From: Octopus sinensis
Taxonomy: Eukaryota
Assembly (NCBI RefSeq): GCF_006345805.1
Contig: NC_043004.1
Coordinates: forward strand, 14,012,001-14,076,000
Length of the DNA stretch: 64,000 nucleotides
Direction of reading: 5' to 3'
The position numbers were made by a program, and so were the translations under genes. Position 1 is the stretch's first letter, and each line of letters opens with the position of its first letter. Below, piece by piece: positions 51,795-64,000 of this stretch. Below the pieces are notes generated by a model that ran no database searches, was not told the DNA's origin, and saw only the letters and a list, made by a program, of their open reading frames with translations.

Positions 51795-52675
51795 CGTCTC
51801 TGCCATCGATCAACGAGATTATTTATGCTTCAATGATAAACACTTATTGGCTTTGATGCTAAGAAATCTTTGAAAGCTGATTCAACCTCTGGTTTGGACC
51901 TGAAAGTTTTATCTCTTAAACACGTGTTTAAATGCTTAAAAATGGTAGTCAGTGGGTGAAAGATTGGGAGAATATGGAGGATGTAGTAAAGTCTCGTATC
52001 CCAAATCTGTGAGCTTCTGCAGCTCTGACTGGCATCTAGAGTAATGTTCTGATTGGCTTCCAAAAAGCTGTAATGGATAACACCAATTGCTGACCACCAG
52101 ACAATCACCATAGTCTTTTGCTGATGAAACTTTGTCTTTGGGAAATGTTGGGGGGACTCATCACGATCAAGCCATTCACCTGATCGTTTACTGTTATCAT
52201 AAAGGATCCACTTTTCGCCATACGTCACTATTCTATCAAGAAACAGATCATTGGTGTTTCGCAGAAAGAGCATCGAGCACACTTCAAAACGCCGAACATT
52301 TGGATTTTCATTGAGCTCATGCGGTACCCATTTATCGAGCTTTTTCATCTTACCAATCTTCTGCAGATTGCATGAGACCGTTGTAATACCGACACGAAGT
52401 ATCTGAGACATTTCTTTCACGCCTCAATGTGAGTTTTGTTCAACAATTGCTTTCAATTGTTCATTGCCAAGACTGCATGAGCGTCCTCTACCTTCTTCAT
52501 CTTCAAGGCTCTCATCACGGCTACGGAATTTCTGAAAGCACCTTCGTACTGTGGGATCACTTTTGGACCCTTCTCCTCATACTCTGTTGATATTGGCAGC
52601 AGTTTGGGAGGCATTGTGCCCAAGCTTGAACTCATGCAAGAAAAGTAAGCGAAGGTCCCTTTTTGTCCTGTTCAT
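51795..52675 (-). pseudogene. Decayed mariner transposase, internally deleted
   Basis: MNRTKRDLRLLFLHEFKLGHNASQTA, KKLDKWVPHEL, IVTYGEKWILYDN, VWWSAIGVIHY, LLHPPYSPNLSPTDYH. TIRs not established; the 3' end runs into (TCTA)n. Confidence 0.9.
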
Positions 52676-52951
52676 AATTAAGGGAGCCTATGCTTCAAGA
52701 ATGTTTTCTGTCTGAAAGAAGAAGAAAATTATTAAAGAATATATATCAATTATTAAGTATGTTGAAATTCACCTAAAATATTATTGGAATACTATGATAA
52801 AATTGCGTTTCAAATCACAACACTTAGAGCGGCTTTTATTTTCGGAACAATCTAATATTTTGAAATCACCCTATATACGTACTTTTCAGGTCTACGTAAT
52901 AAGTTATAGGAAAGGTATTCATTATATAAGAACTTGTTCGATTAAAGCATT

Positions 52952-52994
<43 letters not shown>

Positions 52995-52995
<1 letters not shown>

Positions 52996-53283
52996 ATCAC
53001 CGTGATCACCATGACCGACCAGGCTGTCACAATGCGCTTCGCATTGTTTTGACCTTCAAAGGATGCCACCCCGCTGGCTAAGCGAGCAGGCCAACAGAAG
53101 GAAGAGTGAGAGAAAGTTGTGGCGAAAGAGTACATCAGGGATCGCCACCACCCCTTGCCGGACCCTCGTGGAGCTTCTCTGTTTTCGCTCAGTAAACACT
53201 TACAACACCCGGCCTGGGAATCGAAACCGCGATCCTACAACCGCGAGGCCGCTGCCCTAACAACTGGGCCATTGCGCCTCCAC
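52995..53283 (-). mobile_element. tRNA-derived SINE (family C-type head, distinct tail)
   Basis: Minus strand gtggaggcgcaatggcccagttgttagggcagcgg...gtttcgattccc. Confidence 0.75.
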
Positions 53284-53324
53284 ACACACACACACACACA
53301 CATACACACACACATACACACACA

Positions 53325-53356
<32 letters not shown>

Positions 53357-53357
53357 A

Positions 53358-53395
<38 letters not shown>

Positions 53396-53439
53396 ACACA
53401 CACATATATCTTCTCTGGCACTCCGCCAGTTACAACGAC

Positions 53440-53740
53440 AAAGGATCCAGTTGATCTAACCAACGGAACAGCTTTCTCCTTAAATTAATGTATAAGTGTT
53501 TGAGCACTCCATAAGCATGCGTACTCCGAGCGTAGTTCTCAGGGAGATTTAGCTTGGCACAGAATATAACAAGGCTGGCCCTTTGAAATACAGATAATAC
53601 TCACTTTTGCCAGCTGAATGGAGTGGTGTGACGTGAAATATAGAATCTTGCTCAAGGACATATCCTGGCGCCAGGTATTGAACTCACAAGCTTACGATCG
53701 TTAGGGGAATACCGTTACCACTCAGCAACAGATCTTTAAA
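53440..53740 (-). mobile_element. Diverged SINE family C variant
   Basis: ttttgccagctgaatggag..gtgaaat..cttgctcaaggaca..ttgaactcacaa..cttacgatcg. Confidence 0.6.
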
Positions 53741-54394
53741 CACGCACACACACATAGGCACACACAGAGATAAACACACACAGAGATAAACACACACACA
53801 CATACACACTCGTATATATACGTACACTGAAACTCCAGTATTTGAATACGTTGAATAATGATTTACAAACAAACCTGTACGTACTTGTAAACACGTGTTT
53901 AAGTGGGTGTTGTTTACTACTGTCCTGTAAACACGACTGATCGCTGTTTCTTTGAGTTATACCGTTTTTTTTGTTTGTTATTTTTTATTGAAACATTGAC
54001 TACGCTGAGAAAAATTCGCTGAAAATTTCGAAAGACATACCGTCACCGAATTTAATAAGTTTAAGATACAAATATCAACCACAAAAACTTACACACAATG
54101 TGAAATTCTTTCATTCTTTAAGAACATAGATATTAAGATATATTTCTAACTTAAAACATGAAACATTATACCAACTTTTAGTTCAAAGTGAAATGTTTAT
54201 TACCTTGATATCTTAATTTATCTTTGCTAGTGAAATATAGAAGTGTCTGACTACGTATAAAAGATACACGCAGGAGTTGTAAAATGACACCCTATTATCT
54301 GAAAGGCGTTGATACACAGCTGCTTTCCACAAAACTTGCACAATCCTTCGTACTTCAATCGTTAATAACTTTTACTTCTATCTTGCCATTACAG

Positions 54395-54489
54395 AATATA
54401 CAGATGTATACAGTCTAGCACAATGTCTTCAACAGTTATTGACCACAGTTATGCCGTCACTGTTTATGTCTTTCTTTGTTTACCTCTAA
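54395..54489 (+). CDS. Candidate exon with kinase subdomain-IX-like motif: (E)YTDVYSLAQCLQQLLTTVMP
   Basis: Strong acceptor ttttacttctatcttgccattacag. Phase 1 matches the donor at 47507. No strong donor found; the frame closes at TAA 54487-54489. Confidence 0.3.
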
Positions 54490-54658
54490 TTCTAACCTTT
54501 ACATTCATCTTACAGAACTTAACACATTTTTCTCTGGTGCTCAAGTTATGTATTTGTCTGAAGAAATTGACTTGTTTCTCCAGTAATCAAAGTAATATGT
54601 GTATTTATGTATGTATTCTACATGTATGCATGCATACATACATACATACATATATATA

Positions 54659-54693
<35 letters not shown>

Positions 54694-54719
54694 CATGCAG
54701 CCATGTATACATGTATATA

Positions 54720-54950
54720 TTTTTTTACTACCCACAAGGGGCTAAATATAGAGGGGACAAACAAGGACAGACAAATGGATTAAGTCGATTATATCGACCC
54801 CAGTGCGAAAATGGTCATTTATTTATCGACCCCGAAAGGATGAAAGGCAAAGTCTACCTCGGCGGAATTTGAACTCAGAGCATAACGTCAGACAAAATAC
54901 CGCTAAGTATTTAGCTCGGCGCGATTACGTTTCTGCCAGCCCGCCGCCTT
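54720..54950 (-). mobile_element. SINE family B
   Basis: Near-consensus copy, same as 30637-30875. Confidence 0.85.
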
Positions 54951-55214
54951 ATATACATGTATACATTTATGCATGTATGTAAGTGTGCATGCATGCATGT
55001 ACACATGTATGCATGCATGGTATGTATGTATTTATGTGTTTGTATGTATGCGTATATATAGCTATGTATATAATACCTTCGGTTTTAAATCAATTTTTCA
55101 GTATCTAACAGATACAATGACACCTACAAATTTTCTAAAACTGCACTACTTCTTCACAACTTCGCCTATTCTATATAGTAGTCACCCACGCCAAAATATT
55201 CTTTATGCCATATA

Positions 55215-55255
55215 ACTCTTATTGGCGTGCACAAACGGAACATGGCGGCCATTTC
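55215..55255 (+). promoter_or_regulatory. Promoter-like cluster: reverse CCAAT, ETS-like ACGGAA, YY1/Kozak-like AACATGGCGGCC
   Basis: attgg 55221-55225, acggaa 55235-55240, catggcggcc 55241-55250, in a locally CpG-containing, non-repetitive patch. Confidence 0.35.
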
Positions 55256-55360
55256 AAATTATACAGCCTTTGCAGGTAATTATTTTCTGCAGGTTTCTCA
55301 CGGGAATAATATTATAGGTTCCATTCGTTGGTATGAAACTTTGAATTCTGAACCCGGACT
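55242..55360 (+). CDS. Candidate first coding exon MAAISNYTAFAG...(NYFLQVSHGNNIIGSIRWYETLNSEPG)
   Basis: ATG in strong context. Two donor-like sites, CAG|gtaatt (55275) and ACT|gtaagt (55360). The frame is open between them. Confidence 0.3.
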
Positions 55361-55666
55361 GTAAGTTTCATATTTTACTAATTGTTTAATTGTCTTCTAT
55401 GTATCGGTTACACAAAATTTGTTCGTGAAAACATATACCAACATAAAACGCAAAGAGACAGTACGAACATCAGAAGGCATTTTTCCCGAAGCTCCAATGA
55501 GTGTGCGTCCAGCATGGCCGCTGTCAAATGACTGAAAAAATAAAAGAATAAAAGTATTGATAGATAAATAGAAAGCCATTTGTTTGTGTGTGTGTGTATA
55601 TGTATATGTGTGTGGTATGAATCTGGCCGTATAGTATTGCCATCTAAAAAGAATGTATATATATAA

Positions 55667-55699
<33 letters not shown>

Positions 55700-56067
55700 C
55701 ATATACACACATACTTATATATAAATATATATATATACATATACCACCGTATGCACAAAAATGTGAAATGAGGTGAATAAAATAGTACTCGAATACCGGA
55801 CGTAGAGTAATATACTTTGTTAATACAGCTGTAAAGACATAGCAAAAACTATTACTCAGATTTCCCCGTCTCTGTCTGTCGGACAGTTTTGGTTGAGAAT
55901 GAATAATTCTCAACGAAAATTGGAATGTTAAATTCTAAGTAACAGTTTTTTATTATTTTTTGCATTTTTATTAATAAAGTATATATAATATATATAATAA
56001 TATATATATATTATAATATATATAATATATATATATATCTATATATATATATATTAAATATATATAT

Positions 56068-56134
<67 letters not shown>

Positions 56135-56137
56135 ATC

Positions 56138-56212
<75 letters not shown>

Positions 56213-56252
56213 TAGATAGATAGGATAGACTATACCTTTATTAATAAAACTG

Positions 56253-56292
<40 letters not shown>

Positions 56293-56294
<2 letters not shown>

Positions 56295-56490
56295 TGACGT
56301 ATTTTTGCCTCAAAATGGCTACCCCTAAGGGTGGATGCTACTGTAGTTTTTAGCCCCAGGAGCACACTCCTCCAGCTGTGTCCTGTCAGTATTTGCAAAG
56401 AGAAGTCATCCTTCCTCTTCAACTTATGATACACACGGACTCGAGTTTCGAGGTATTGACTCTCGTCAGCGTGTGACAATCATAGTTGTC
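56293..56490 (-). mobile_element. Short (about 190 bp) hammerhead-headed element ending in (TA)n
   Basis: Hammerhead at the 5' end, a non-coding GC-balanced body, then a TA array. Single copy in the window. Confidence 0.55.
56432..56475 (-). ncRNA. Canonical minimal type-I hammerhead ribozyme
   Basis: CACACG-CUGACGA-GAG(UCAAUAC)CUC-GAA-ACUCGAGU-C-CGUGUG. Perfect 6-bp stem I, intact core, 3-bp stem II, 8-nt palindromic stem III, GUC cleavage site. Confidence 0.88.
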
Positions 56491-56624
56491 GCCGAGAATT
56501 AGATTTCCTTCACAAATACTTATACTTTTTCCAGCGCTCCACTGCCGCTGATATGAAAAAGTGAAATCAACAATGATAAATATCACAGTGAGTTATATAC
56601 AGTAGCGGTAACATATATATACTC

Positions 56625-57028
56625 TTTCTCTTTTACTCTTTTACTCGTTTCAGTCATTTGACTGTGACCATGCTGGAGCACCGTCTTTAGTCGATCAAAT
56701 CGACCCCAGAACTTATTCTTTGCAAGCCTAGTACTTATTTTATTGGCCTCTTTTTTGCCGAACCACTAAGTTACGGGGACGTAAACACACCAGCATCGGT
56801 TGTCAAGCGATGTTTGGGGGACAACCACAAACACGCAAACACACACATACATATATATACATATATACGACAGGCTTCTTTCAGTTTCTGTCTACCAAAT
56901 CCACTCACAAGGCTTTGGTCTGCCCGAGGCTATAGTAGAAGACACTTACCCAAGGTGTCACGCAGTGGCACTGAACCCGAAACCATGTAGTTCGTAAGCA
57001 AGCTACTTACCACACAGCCACTCCTATG
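56625..57028 (-). mobile_element. SINE family A
   Basis: Near-consensus copy. Confidence 0.85.
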
Positions 57029-57299
57029 TCCATATATATATATATATGTATATAAATTTATATAAATAACGATAAGCTCCTTATTTAAAATATCGATCAT
57101 ATCAAGTGGCTAACATGTGAGGGAATAAAGACCTCCTAGGTAATAATTAGCATTTAAATTATAATCAAGGGTATCTAAAAGACTTCTCTCCTGGTGCTGT
57201 ATGAACATTTAATGTGGTTCTTGAGTCAAGTTTTGGCTGTTATATCTAGCATGGTGGTATCTTTTAGATACACTTAAATATAATTTTTTATATATATAT

Positions 57300-57955
57300 T
57301 CTATCTCTTCCCGCCTGTCTTGATAGACAATGGGTCGCGCCAAGGGTGGGGCCTACTTTGATGATGAGCAACGTCTGCTGTGACTGAACAGTCCAATTCT
57401 AGAGTGGCAGTCCCTGGTACAGTTGCTGCACACGAACATCGATGGGTACGTGTGGGGTGTTGCTGCTGTTGTCCTCCTCCTGTCCCGCCTGTCCGACCAT
57501 AGCTGTGCTCTCCTTTCCTCAGCCATGGAAACGCCTTTCCTCACTGTCCGACGCCAACAGAGCGGTCAGCAGCTGTTACCTCCCACGTGTCCACACAGTT
57601 GTTGGCAGTCCTCAGGTCGCGCTTGCACACATCCCTGTATCGTAACTGTGGACGTCCCTTGGGTCGGGATCCCGTGGTGAGTTCGCTGTACAGGATGTCT
57701 TTAGGCATGCGACCGTCCTGCATGCGGCAGACGTGTCCGAGCCAGCGCAGTCGTCTCCGCACGAGGAGGGCATGCATGCTTGGCATATTAGTCTGTTCTA
57801 GGATGACTCCGTTTGGTACTCGATCTTGGTGGTTATTGTGAGCATGTTGTTTTCCCACACTCTCCTGGAGAGCTTAGCCATGGCAGCAGCAGCCTTCCCA
57901 ATCCGTCTGTTCAGCTCCGGCTCGAGGGACAGGCTGCTGGAGACCGTCGATCCTA
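57300..57955 (-). pseudogene. RTE/BovB-clade LINE 3' fragment with internal deletion
   Basis: GSTVSSSLSLEPELNRRIGKAAAAMAKL, RRLRWLGHVCRMQDGRMPKDILYSEL..GRPQLRYRDVCKRDL, CSNCTRDCHSRIGLFSHSRRC, 3'UTR ccattgtctatcaagacag. Confidence 0.92.
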
Positions 57956-58407
57956 TATATATATATATATTAATGTAAATAATATATAAATATATGCATA
58001 TATACAAACATATATGTACATACCTACACCTATATGTATGTTTATATACACGCATATATGGGTACAGGACATTAAAAAAAAACGTTGAACGAAATGAGAA
58101 ACGAAAACATAAAAACTAAAACATGGAAACGAACTTTCTTTCAAACAACGAAAAAACGGATTACAAGACATACAACACAAGGAATATTCCTTTCTTCAGT
58201 TGTCCTTGTTTCGTGTGCTCCGCGTTCCGAAGGTAAAGACAATACGCGACTTGTTGAAATAGTCTTTCCCTCGAAGCAAATTAAATAAAATTCGAGATTT
58301 TTTGCGGAGAGGTAAAAGTAATACATCAGTACTTTATCTAAAACAACTGCTCCTTACGGGATATCCCCTTGCAATTTTCAGATAACCCTGTATGTGTATA
58401 CATATTT

Positions 58408-58526
58408 CTTCTTCTTCTTCTTCTTCTTCTTCTTCTTCTTCTTCTTCTTCTTCTTCTTCTTCTTCTTCTTCTTCTTCTTCTTCTTCTTCTTCTTCTTCTT
58501 CTTCTTCTTCTTCTTCTTCTTCTTCA
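58408..58526. repeat. (CTT)n microsatellite, possibly the (GAA)n tail of a minus-strand retroelement
   Basis: Pure array. The tail interpretation is inference. Confidence 0.9.
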
Positions 58527-59479
58527 GTCTGTTGGTGCCTTTGAGCGGCACATCGGGTAGTCAGTAATTACCAATTACCTCCGTCTCTGACCAACCGGCA
58601 AACTTCATCCCGGCTGGCGTTCATTTTGCGTATGTCTATTTTGAAGGTACTACGCCATGTTTATATATACGCGTACGAACATACACTGTGGTTTTTATTA
58701 TTTGAAGTTATAAATATAAATACAATATGGAATTAAAGCTTCGTTCTATATTTCTATAAGGGAATGTTTTAGCCTTATGATGGCTCGTTAGCCAAAACTT
58801 AGCGGTTTCTGAAAAGTTTTCATTGCATTTATGTGTAGTTCAATATGCGAAACTATCAAAGGCTATCATTGCATAAACACTAATATTTATCGATTCCTCT
58901 TGGAACCCCATAGAATTTTCCAAATTGTCAGTAGTGTTCATTTCTCACGTTCGCCCACAGTTAAAATAATTGAGCTACTGAACATGAATATAATAAATCG
59001 AATGCTTAGTATGTGAACTATTGATAATTATTGATAATTCTTTAAATGTATAAGTTACTATTCTATCTGTTTTATCATATCAATCATACGACAATAAATG
59101 TATGCAGTTTATGTATGAATAATCGCAGCTCCTGAGCATCAATATCTATATGGATTTAGAAGTAAATCATTTTACTACTACCGACGCAGATTCGTATTTG
59201 TTTGTTACAAAGAAGAATACTCAAATATATAATCTAAAGTAAACAAGAACCGATGCATTCGGAAGTACATGTGCTGAAGTGTTATATACGTATGGAAATG
59301 TTGACTATTTTGAATGTATCTCAATTGAAATACATAATGTTCCCTTCAAACTACACACAATTCCAATGAAATCTAATGGTTTTGAAATACAAAAGGATTT
59401 GTGTTAACGTGTGATATTGGAGTTTTACGGCTGTTTCCATTCCGTGAAAATGGCTCTTTTGAAAATGTCAACTATTTGT

Positions 59480-59535
<56 letters not shown>

Positions 59536-59767
59536 GATCTCTCTCACTCGCTCTCTCTCTCACTCGCTCTCTCTCACTCGCTCTTACTCTCTCTCTTCTT
59601 TACAAAAGATATATATATATATATATATATGCATGTATGCATGCATGCATTTGTGTATCTATGTATTTATTAATGTGTGTATTAAGCATGTGTATATATA
59701 CATAATATATATATTATATATATTTATAGTGGATCATATCTGTAATATAAATATAATGTATGCATAT

Positions 59768-59813
<46 letters not shown>

Positions 59814-60539
59814 TATATAACTGTATGAATGTAAGTGTGCGTTTGTGTGTATGTGTGTGTGTGTGTGTGATAATCATTTCTTTTCGATTGCCATTCCCGT
59901 TATTCCTGGAAGTAAAAGCATTCTTTTCTTATCGAACCTTTCCTATTTTTAATGTGTTTGTTTTTGTTTTCTGTTTTTATTCTGCGTGTTTTATGTTCTT
60001 TGCAATTGCCTAAAGAGAATATTCCAGCTGTTGCATAAAAGAAGTGCATAGTTGAAATATTACTCTTTTCTCAAACATTCTATACGTCGTGGAAAGGAAA
60101 TATGTTGTTGAAATATGCCTCTTTTCTCAGTATCAGAAAATCTGCTCCGCTGGCGTTTTGCAGTATGCTATTTATTCTCACTTTGTTACTGAATTTTTTT
60201 CCTTTACTTTCTACATTTGCTTTCCATAGCATGATACATCTGTTTATAAATGCTACTTGATGTTACTTATTTGAACGGAATCGCTCGATGTGCTAAATTT
60301 TTATATATGCCTTACAAAGAAGCACATTGATATTTATAACCTTTGAATTCATTAGGATAAATTATTAAAATTATTAATTTAACTTGATTTCTGAAAATTA
60401 TTGCAATGACTTTTAGAAATTTGCGTGGTTAATAGCCTAAATGATACTTCCTTATATAAGGTTGTTATTTTCTTTTCATGCTTTGGAATTCAATTGATAT
60501 GTTTCTCGAGTTTGTATAAATACTGGATTTCTAATTCCC

Positions 60540-61620
60540 CTCTGCAGTTTCCATGTCCATAGAACACTATGTTGTCGTTTGATTGACAGGTAAAATGATT
60601 AATTTACTCGGGGGTTTCATTTGATCCACGTTTCCAGGAGGAAAAAATCTGAGACAATATCAAAAGACTCTCACCAATATCACCCGGAAATTGAGAGGAA
60701 TGTATTCATAAAGAGTCGAGTAGAAATGACTATTGCGCATAGTGTTTGATACACAATAGAGCGTTCAAACAATTCTGATGATAGCGTTTCATTTTCACTA
60801 TCATGTGTGCATCGTTATATATTGTTAGACAAATTTATGATAGTGGCAGAGATATAGTGAACTGTTAACGTAATAAACATATCACTTTTGCTGTAGTAAA
60901 ACTGATATTAAGTTATACGTTTTAAGTCAGAATTTATCTTAATAATGATGTTGCTAAAGAAAGAAGAAATTATAGAAGTGTGTGCAAGATATCCTGGAGA
61001 ATATTTATATCTTAAACGAATTCAGTTGGGTATTGTTACTTTCCAATTCGTGTGTCGTAACATATCCGGTTTACACCCTGCGTTTCACTGACCAAGCAAT
61101 CCGCCAATACGCTCTGTAGTGAGGGTTTCGCTTGCTGTGTCTGATGGTGCATAGACTTGTACTCTAATTGTGGCTTCTAGAGAATTCCCTACGCCTGCAG
61201 ATAGGTGTGATCACTGAGCGCTGAGCATCTACAATTTTCTCACATGCTCTTAACTTTCTACTAGACATCACTGCCCTCGGTGGAACTTGAAAAGTAACAC
61301 TCTATAATGCTTTGCAGATGAGGAGTGATGTCATTCTCATTTTGAAGAAAATATCTGAGTGTCCATGAGAAACAACTTCCTTATCTGTTATAATCAGGGG
61401 TTTATATCATCCAGAAATTCTTGGTATGGCATTGATACTAGAGCCCAATTGTTTAGGTACAAAAGCGCCATCAACAAGCTTCTATCAGGAATGTGCGCAG
61501 AGTGGGGAAAACTTTCTGCATGCATTCAGTCAATGTCCAAGCCTTGAGAAGTTAATTTTGCTGAAAAACTGTATTCTCTGGAGAATGGACCGAGTCTATA
61601 ACTTCAGGGATTCAATGAAA
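60540..61620 (+). pseudogene. Very old L1/Tx1-like ORF2 C-terminal remnant
   Basis: With frameshifts: GKMINLLGVSFDPRFQEEKI*DNI, TLTNITRKL, TRAQLFRYKSAINKL/xQECAQSGENFLHAFSQCP (CCHC-like). Confidence 0.45.
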
Positions 61621-61659
61621 AAGGTCTGATTAAGGCGATCCGGGAGAACTTGGGGGTTG

Positions 61660-61850
61660 GGGTTGTTTCTAACCAGAATTTTATTGCCTCTATTCCGTAG
61701 CCATGTGGAATGTGAGTGTAGAGGTTGATAACATCGAAGGAGACTAATAGTGTTTCTTCGTTGGTGGTTTTTGGTAGATGCTCTACCAAGTCCAGATCGT
61801 CTATAAATTTTATAAAACGGTTAACAAAGTTTAACCTCCTTTCACATTTA
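61660..61850 (-). pseudogene. Penelope-like element RT fragment
   Basis: DDLDLVEHLPKTTNEETLLVSFDVINLYTHIPHGYGIEAIKFWLE matches the PLE 'LVSFDV.sLYT.IP' motif. Confidence 0.75.
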
Positions 61851-62188
61851 CCTATTTACTGCAGCTTTTCCCAAAGTCCACACTGCATTGTCTATCTACA
61901 ACCATTTGTCTCATTTTATTACTTTTTTTAAAATTCAAAATGGATTCCAACGTGGCAGGTGCAATACTTAATCATCATTACTAGTAAATTCCAGGGTTAC
62001 TTCCTGTAGTTAAACTAGTTACCATTATATTTTGTAATATTATGATAAAGAAAATTCTCACATCTTCTTCCGGCGATAGTTTTCAAAAATATAACAAACC
62101 CTATTTGTGTATACCTAAATATCTCAACAACAAAGCAGCATATATGTCTATATATATATATATATCTGTCTGTCTGTCTGTCTATCTC

Positions 62189-62253
<65 letters not shown>

Positions 62254-62299
62254 ATATCTATCTATCTATCTTCTATCTATCTATATATCTATCTAGCAA

Positions 62300-62331
<32 letters not shown>

Positions 62332-62345
62332 TCTATCTGTCTATC

Positions 62346-62393
<48 letters not shown>

Positions 62394-62394
62394 G

Positions 62395-62453
<59 letters not shown>

Positions 62454-62454
62454 T

Positions 62455-62875
62455 TTTTATTCTTTTTTACTTGTTTTTAGTCATTTGACTGTGACCCTGC
62501 TGGAGCACCGCCTTTAGCCGAGCAAATCGACCCCAGGACTTATTCTTTGTAAGCCTGGTACTTATTCTATCGGTCTCTTTTGCCGCTAAGTTACGGGGAC
62601 GTAAGCACATCAGCATCGTTGTCAAGCAATGTTGGTGGGACAAACACAGACGCACAAACATATACGCACACACACACAAGCACACACATATATATGCATG
62701 CATATATACGACGGGCTTCTTTCAGTTTCCGTCTACCAAATCCTCTCACAAGGATTTGGTCGGCCCGATGCTAAAGTAGAAGTAAAGTAGAAGACACTTG
62801 CTCAAGATGCCACGCAATGGGACTGAACCCGGAACCATGTGGTTCGTAAGCAAGTTACTCACCACAGAGCCACTC
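62455..62875 (-). mobile_element. SINE family A
   Basis: Family blocks as above. Confidence 0.85.
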
Positions 62876-63653
62876 ATATATATACTTACATACACATATT
62901 TATATATATATTTATATATATATATAAGTACACACACATATACACACAACACGCGCACACAGCTCATATATATATGTGCGTGTGTGTGTTTGTGTGTGTG
63001 ATATAAACACGTATTCGGTAGCAAACATACTTAAATATATTCACGCAAAAGTGCGTATCATATACATACCTAGGCGCTCACATCTATGTAAACACACAAG
63101 CATTACACTTGTATCGGAAATTTCCTCTGTAATTGAATGCCTTTCATTAGGCCCTCGTTAATTGCTGTATTATGAACCTTATTTCTGTCGGTCTTAATTA
63201 ATTTATATTTAATAATTGATGGGTTCTACACACTTTGTGAATCGAGGCATATAACGCAGCCTTAGAAACACATTTATATTGTATGTACTTACTCTGCATT
63301 GGTCCGTTTCGTGCATATCGCTTGAACGCGAATCCCTATAACGTATAGAGAGATGTGATAATTAAGTTTTGTAAACGCAAATATTTACGCTATCGTAAAT
63401 AATAATTCGTATATAACCATTCATGCAAACAGAAGTATACACGCACGCTCTCATACATAAAATCGTGCGCGGAGACACACATACACACACGCACACACAA
63501 ACATCAGAGTCACACACGCGCGTGCGCACAGGAACTCATACTGTGTGTCACTGCACAGGTTTCTTTGGCCTATGTGTCCACCTATCTCTCATGTATGCAT
63601 TTGTTTGTATAGATGTGCATGGATGCATATATATATATATGTATATATATGTA

Positions 63654-63718
<65 letters not shown>

Positions 63719-63850
63719 GTCTGTCTGTCTCTTTCTCTCTCTCTCTGTATATACATATCTATATATATATATATTCTATACGTTTATATATGCATCTATC
63801 TATCTATAAATATATAGATATACATGCATATATATTATATATATATATAT

Positions 63851-63906
<56 letters not shown>

Positions 63907-64000
63907 CATGCATATATATATATATAGATACATACATACATACACACACACAAACACACACACACGCACACACACATATATATAAATATTCCCCTATATA

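Noticed and set aside
58170-58225. Minus-strand CTGAAGA followed by palindrome aggaatattcct
   Set aside because: No GAAA after the stem; the nearby GAAAC is upstream and does not close a hammerhead fold.

Overview
AT-rich, microsatellite-saturated eukaryotic DNA. The repeat families look like those of an Octopus (coleoid cephalopod) genome; this is an inference from repeat content, not a database hit. No complete host gene is visible. Almost all long ORFs in the track are artefacts of (TA)n/(CA)n/(TCTA)n/trinucleotide repeats. Recognisable coding sequence is transposon-derived: a young R4/Dong-type RLE LINE (one in-frame stop, internal deletion) sitting in (TAA)n arrays, an older R4/Dong fragment, a decayed L1/Tx1 element with ORF1, APE and RT, an RTE 3' fragment, a Penelope RT scrap, and three mariner relics. 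There are also about 30 tRNA-derived SINE copies in three families, several foldback/MITE elements, and a solo LTR whose empty site is preserved in the opposite arm of its host inverted repeat. The most interesting signal is a set of minimal type-I hammerhead ribozymes with palindromic (dimer-type) stem III in unrelated short repeats: one fully canonical copy (56432-56475), and one family that appears to be a tRNA-headed, hammerhead-tailed SINE arranged as a fold-back around a perfect 26-bp hairpin (5505-9067). A few weak plus-strand exon candidates (one kinase subdomain-IX-like) and a promoter-like ATG context near 55.2 kb may belong to host genes. Most SINE and degenerate-element boundaries are approximate.
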